DNA of 64,000 bases, from positions 8,656-72,655 of the forward strand of contig JAFSAM010000082.1 in NCBI GenBank assembly GCA_017441005.1, read 5' to 3'. Origin of the DNA: Clostridia bacterium (GTDB lineage: Bacteria; Bacillota; Clostridia; Oscillospirales; CAG-272). The notes below the pieces were generated by a model that saw nothing but the letters and a program-made list of their open reading frames with translations, was not told where the DNA came from and did no database searches. The stretch's first letter is position 1. Every line of letters starts with the position of its first letter. Shown here in pieces: positions 60,403 through 64,000 of the stretch. The position numbers were made by a program, and so were the translations under genes.

Positions 60403-61482
60403 ATGAAAACTTACAAAATTGCGGTGATCGCCGGTGACGGAATCGGTCCCGAGGTTATAGACGAGGGTGTCAAGGTCTTAAAAGCGGCGGCAAAGCTCGA
60501 CGGCGGCTTTGACTTTGAATTTACTTACTTTCCCTGGGGCTGTGAATTCTATAAAAAGCACGGTAAAATGATGGACGATGACGGAATCGAGCAGCTCAAA
60601 AAATTTGATGCTATTTTCCTCGGTGCTGTCGGTGCTCCCGGTGTGCCCGATCACATATCCCTCTGGGGGCTTTTGCTCGCAATACGAAAAGGCTTTGATC
60701 AATACATAAATCTGCGTCCCGTCAAGCTTTTGAAGGGCGCGCCCACACCTATCAAGGATGCCACTCCCGAAAACGTGGATATGGTCTTCGTCAGAGAAAA
60801 CAGCGAGGGCGAATACGCCGGAAGCGGTGCCTGGCTCTTCAAAAACAAGCCCAACGAGGTCGTTATTCAGGACGGCGTTTTCTCCCGCCATGGCTGTGAA
60901 AGGGTCATCCGATATGCCTACGAGCTTGCAAGATCGCAGAAAAAATCGCTTACAAGCATAAGCAAAGCAAATGCACTCAACTACTCTATGGTATTCTGGG
61001 ATCAGATCTTTGCCGAGGTGGGCAAGGAGTATCCCGAGGTCGAGACTCACTCCTACCTCGTCGATGCCGCAAGTATGTTTATGGTTAAAGACCCCGGAAG
61101 ATTTGAAATCGTCGTTACGTCAAACCTCTTCGGCGATATCTTGACAGACCTCGGTGCCGCTATTGCGGGCGGTATGGGTCTTGCGGCAGGTGCAAACCTC
61201 AATCCCGAAAGAGAATTCCCGTCTATGTTCGAGCCCATCCACGGCTCTGCCCCCGACATTGCGGGCAAGGGCGAGGCTGACCCGCTCGCTACAGTCTGGT
61301 CGGCATCGCAGATGCTCGACTTCTTCGGTCACACGGACCTCGGCAAGCTGCTTATCGACTGTATCGAGTCACTTCTTGTCGAAAGAAAAACACTTACTCC
61401 CGATCTATGCGGTAATGCTACCACCTCGGAGGTCGGAGATGCTATCGTAGAAAAAATGAAATCGCTCTACAATGGCAACTAA
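60403..61482 (+). CDS. Tartrate/D-malate dehydrogenase (decarboxylating)
   Basis: GDGIGPEV, PDHISLWG, FDQYINLRPV, SMVFWD, FEPIHGSAPDIAG; closer to DmlA/TtuC than LeuB. Confidence 0.85.
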   Translation: MKTYKIAVIAGDGIGPEVIDEGVKVLKAAAKLDGGFDFEFTYFPWGCEFYKKHGKMMDDDGIEQLKKFDAIFLGAVGAPGVPDHISLWGLLLAIRKGFDQYINLRPVKLLKGAPTPIKDATPENVDMVFVRENSEGEYAGSGAWLFKNKPNEVVIQDGVFSRHGCERVIRYAYELARSQKKSLTSISKANALNYSMVFWDQIFAEVGKEYPEVETHSYLVDAASMFMVKDPGRFEIVVTSNLFGDILTDLGAAIAGGMGLAAGANLNPEREFPSMFEPIHGSAPDIAGKGEADPLATVWSASQMLDFFGHTDLGKLLIDCIESLLVERKTLTPDLCGNATTSEVGDAIVEKMKSLYNGN

Positions 61483-61490
61483 GGACCATC

Positions 61491-61578
61491 GCGCATTTAA
61501 AATGCACAACATTCTTTACTTCATTCCGTTTATCTTATCAGTACAAAAGAGGGCTTGATCATTCTTGCTTCGGGCTTT
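61491..61578 (+). pseudogene. Decayed 5' fragment of a paralog of the downstream MBL gene
   Basis: GCGCATTTAAAATGCAC and CTTTACTTCAT identical to the start of 61836 gene; translates AFKMHNILYF/SVYLISTKEGLIILASGF versus AFKMHEGLYF..SVHLISTEEGIIILDTGY. Confidence 0.75.
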
Positions 61579-61579
61579 C

Positions 61580-61680
61580 TGTTCCGTGTTTTCCGCGAGG
61601 TACTTAAAATAGGTCAAAAACTCAAAAAAATAGTCAATCTTGTTCCTTGAAATGCTTTTACTGAACGAATATAATATTAT
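61580..61680 (+). promoter_or_regulatory. Duplicated promoter copy 1
   Basis: TTGAAA-N17-TATAAT (61647-61675) with upstream direct repeats; homologous to 62710-62810. Confidence 0.75.
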
Positions 61681-61835
61681 TATTGGGCGGAATAACCGTT
61701 TTTTGAGGAAACTAACGATGAATTCCCCCACAAGCTCGCTTATACAGCGACGATATAAAAAATACAGTAGATTTTTTTGGGGGATCACAGTCCCTTGAAT
61801 TAATCGCTCTGCAAGGTACTAAGGAGGATATATTT

Positions 61836-62621
61836 ATGGACAACAATCAAACAATTGAGCTTTGCGCATTTAAAATGCACGAAGGACTTTACTTCATCGG
61901 ACACGAGGAGGTATCCGTCCACCTTATCAGCACCGAGGAAGGTATAATCATACTTGATACCGGTTATCCCTTCATGCAACAGCTCATCATTGACAACATA
62001 TACAAAATGGGATTTGACCCCAAAAACATCATAGCGATCTTCCACACCCACGGTCACGTCGACCACTTTGCAAACACACAAAAGCTTGTGGAACTGTCGG
62101 GCGCTAAAACCTACATCAGCAGGATCGACAACGATATTCTGAACGGCAAAGTCGACCTTTCGTGGGCAAACGAGTTGGGATGGGAGCATCTTCCCTATTT
62201 TGACTGTGACGTTTTGCTTGAAGACGGAGACGAATTCACCTTCGGCAGTACAAAGATCAAATGCATTCTCACTCCCGGTCATACCGCAGGTGTAATGTCA
62301 TACGTGATCACTCTTGCCGACGGTACGGTTGCCGCAATGCACGGCGGAATCGGCTCAAACAGCATGCTCTCCTCCTTCCTTAGAAAATACGGACTTTCGT
62401 CAGACTGCCGTATTCAGTTCAAAGAGGGACTGACAAAGCTTGCAAAAGAAAAGGTAGACATCGTTTTGGGTAACCACCCCGAGCAGAGCAAGACCCTTGA
62501 AAAGCTCATACGTGTGCTTAACGGTGATACTGATCTTCGCGATCCCGAGGAATGGGATAGATTCCTCGCATGGAATCACAGAAGGATCGACAAGCTTATG
62601 AGAGAAGAAGAGCCCGTCTGA
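61836..62621 (+). CDS. MBL-fold metallo-hydrolase, subclass B3-like, no signal peptide
   Basis: ILDTG, HTHGHVDH, TPGHTAG, LGNHP. Confidence 0.85.
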   Translation: MDNNQTIELCAFKMHEGLYFIGHEEVSVHLISTEEGIIILDTGYPFMQQLIIDNIYKMGFDPKNIIAIFHTHGHVDHFANTQKLVELSGAKTYISRIDNDILNGKVDLSWANELGWEHLPYFDCDVLLEDGDEFTFGSTKIKCILTPGHTAGVMSYVITLADGTVAAMHGGIGSNSMLSSFLRKYGLSSDCRIQFKEGLTKLAKEKVDIVLGNHPEQSKTLEKLIRVLNGDTDLRDPEEWDRFLAWNHRRIDKLMREEEPV

Positions 62622-62709
62622 TTCTGAGCATATATTCGATTATGGTGTAGACTATACCAATATGTACTTTACAAATACACAAAAAGATATTATTCTGTAA
62701 AAGTAATAT

Positions 62710-62810
62710 TGTTCCGTATTTTTATCAAGTGCATAAAATAGGACAAAAACTCAAAAAACTGGTCAATTTTGTGTCTTGAAATGCTTTTACTGCCCGAATA
62801 TAATATAATT
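62710..62810 (+). promoter_or_regulatory. Duplicated promoter copy 2
   Basis: TAAAATAGGACAAAAACTCAAAAAA...CTTGAAATGCTTTTACTG shared with copy 1. Confidence 0.75.
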
Positions 62811-62843
62811 AAAGACACAAAAAACGATTCTGAGGTAAACATT

Positions 62844-64000
62844 ATGAAAGATTCAATCAAAATTCCTACCGCCCTCCAGATCTGCGTCGACGACGTGGGT
62901 TGGTTCATCGGCTCCGATGACAGATATCTGAGCAGACCGTCCCGTACAGGTCTTACCAGACGTCACGCTCCCGAAGACTATATAGCGGTAAACGAGATAG
63001 GTAAAGCTATCGGTCAGAAAATCATGTGCCCACTCGTTCTCGGAGAATGGGACAAAGACAATATTCTCCGCGGAGAAGTCGGTGTTACGTTCGATCCGAA
63101 AAATTGGGACAGAGCATCCCTGCTCGATCTCAAACTTGCACAAAGATGCTTTGAAGCGGCTGAAAGCTCCGAATACATCGAATATGCTGTTCACGGTGTA
63201 CTTCACGGCAACTACGATGCCGAAGGAAAACAGATAACCGAGCTTGAATGCTTTAAATGCATAAATAAAGACATTGACTATTCCGGCTACATAAACAACG
63301 GAGACGGTCTTTTAACAACTCAATCCGAGGAAGAGATAGCGCACCGCTTTGACCTTTTCTTTAAGCTTTACAACACTTGGGGCTTCAAAAAGAAAATACG
63401 CTCGTATGCGGCTCCGAACGGACTCCCGAGAAACTTGAAAAGCAGCGATATGCTTGCTCTTGCATCGGTTTTGAAAAAGAACGGCATTACCTACTGGGCA
63501 AACAGCTGGGGTCAGCCTGTAGGTTATACCGAATTTATAGACGGCATTCTCTATATGGAAAAATGCTGTAACTGCCGTATTCCCTGGAATGCTTGTGACG
63601 TCGACCCCGACTACGTTCAGGACTTTGTAAAGGAATCAGATCCCGGTACAGGCACTGTTATGAGCACTCACTGGCCCAACTTCCTCCGCTTCAATCCCCA
63701 GAACAACCTGCAAAACGTTGATAAATGGGCGGCATTCTTTAAGAGACAGAGCGAAATATTCGGTCTTATGATCTCCAAAGACATCGCCTTCGCGGGTAGC
63801 CAGTGCGTATACCACACATACAGCAAGATCGATTGCTGTGACAAGAAGATCAGAATTGACATTTCCGACTGTATCGCAAAGGGCAAAGACTATTTGTCGG
63901 GTGAATTATACCTCAGCCTCAAGAATGACGTCATTCCCGCAAGCGTAAACGGCGGCAATATTGAGCTCTACGAGACTCACAACGAATTCAAAACCTATAA
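62844..64000 (+). CDS. Hypothetical protein, possible polysaccharide-deacetylase-like fold, 3' end outside window
   Basis: GAGGT RBS, ATG 62844 MKDSIKIPTALQICVDDVGW...EYAVHGVLH; DD and HGxxH resemble NodB/CE4 metal motifs. Confidence 0.65.
   Translation, partial: MKDSIKIPTALQICVDDVGWFIGSDDRYLSRPSRTGLTRRHAPEDYIAVNEIGKAIGQKIMCPLVLGEWDKDNILRGEVGVTFDPKNWDRASLLDLKLAQRCFEAAESSEYIEYAVHGVLHGNYDAEGKQITELECFKCINKDIDYSGYINNGDGLLTTQSEEEIAHRFDLFFKLYNTWGFKKKIRSYAAPNGLPRNLKSSDMLALASVLKKNGITYWANSWGQPVGYTEFIDGILYMEKCCNCRIPWNACDVDPDYVQDFVKESDPGTGTVMSTHWPNFLRFNPQNNLQNVDKWAAFFKRQSEIFGLMISKDIAFAGSQCVYHTYSKIDCCDKKIRIDISDCIAKGKDYLSGELYLSLKNDVIPASVNGGNIELYETHNEFKTY

Noticed and set aside
60403-61482. leuB (3-isopropylmalate dehydrogenase)
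   Set aside because: DHISLWG and SMVFWD motifs, divergent LysR and absence of leuACD favour tartrate/D-malate dehydrogenase

Overview
A 64 kb chromosomal segment of a spore-forming Clostridia-class firmicute (spoIIGA-sigE, spoIIR, sleB-like gene, a dockerin protein); the taxonomy is inferred from gene content only. The left half (1-32 kb) is mostly housekeeping and sporulation: GH2 beta-galactosidase, NlpC/P60, rsuA, tex, msmK-type ATPase, an orphan DegT aminotransferase, nagAB, spoIIGA-sigE with a convergent spoIIR, rnj, secG, rnr, holA, rnmV, punA, rnhA, mnmA, CarD and glyA. The right half is accessory: OCD/LysR, an ECF sigma with a long C-terminal extension, a 4x47-bp GTAG-hairpin REP-like array, and a ~13.5 kb RpiR-controlled catabolic cluster. 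That cluster encodes a FucI-like isomerase, an alkyl-DHAP-synthase/YgcU-like FAD enzyme, an Fe-S protein with eroded CCG motifs, a class II aldolase, a YihV-like kinase, IolB, DUF4867, an FGGY kinase, a single-chain ETF and a GH2; it matches no pathway I know and is the best candidate for an undescribed system. Further right are surface proteins, LysR/tartrate dehydrogenase, a B3-like metallo-hydrolase with a decayed duplicate, and a duplicated promoter. Other highlights are a candidate three-way-junction RNA plus terminator in the rnj leader and an unannotated 31-aa membrane peptide. No tRNA, rRNA, CRISPR or transposase was seen. All calls rest on motif recognition by eye; no searches were run.
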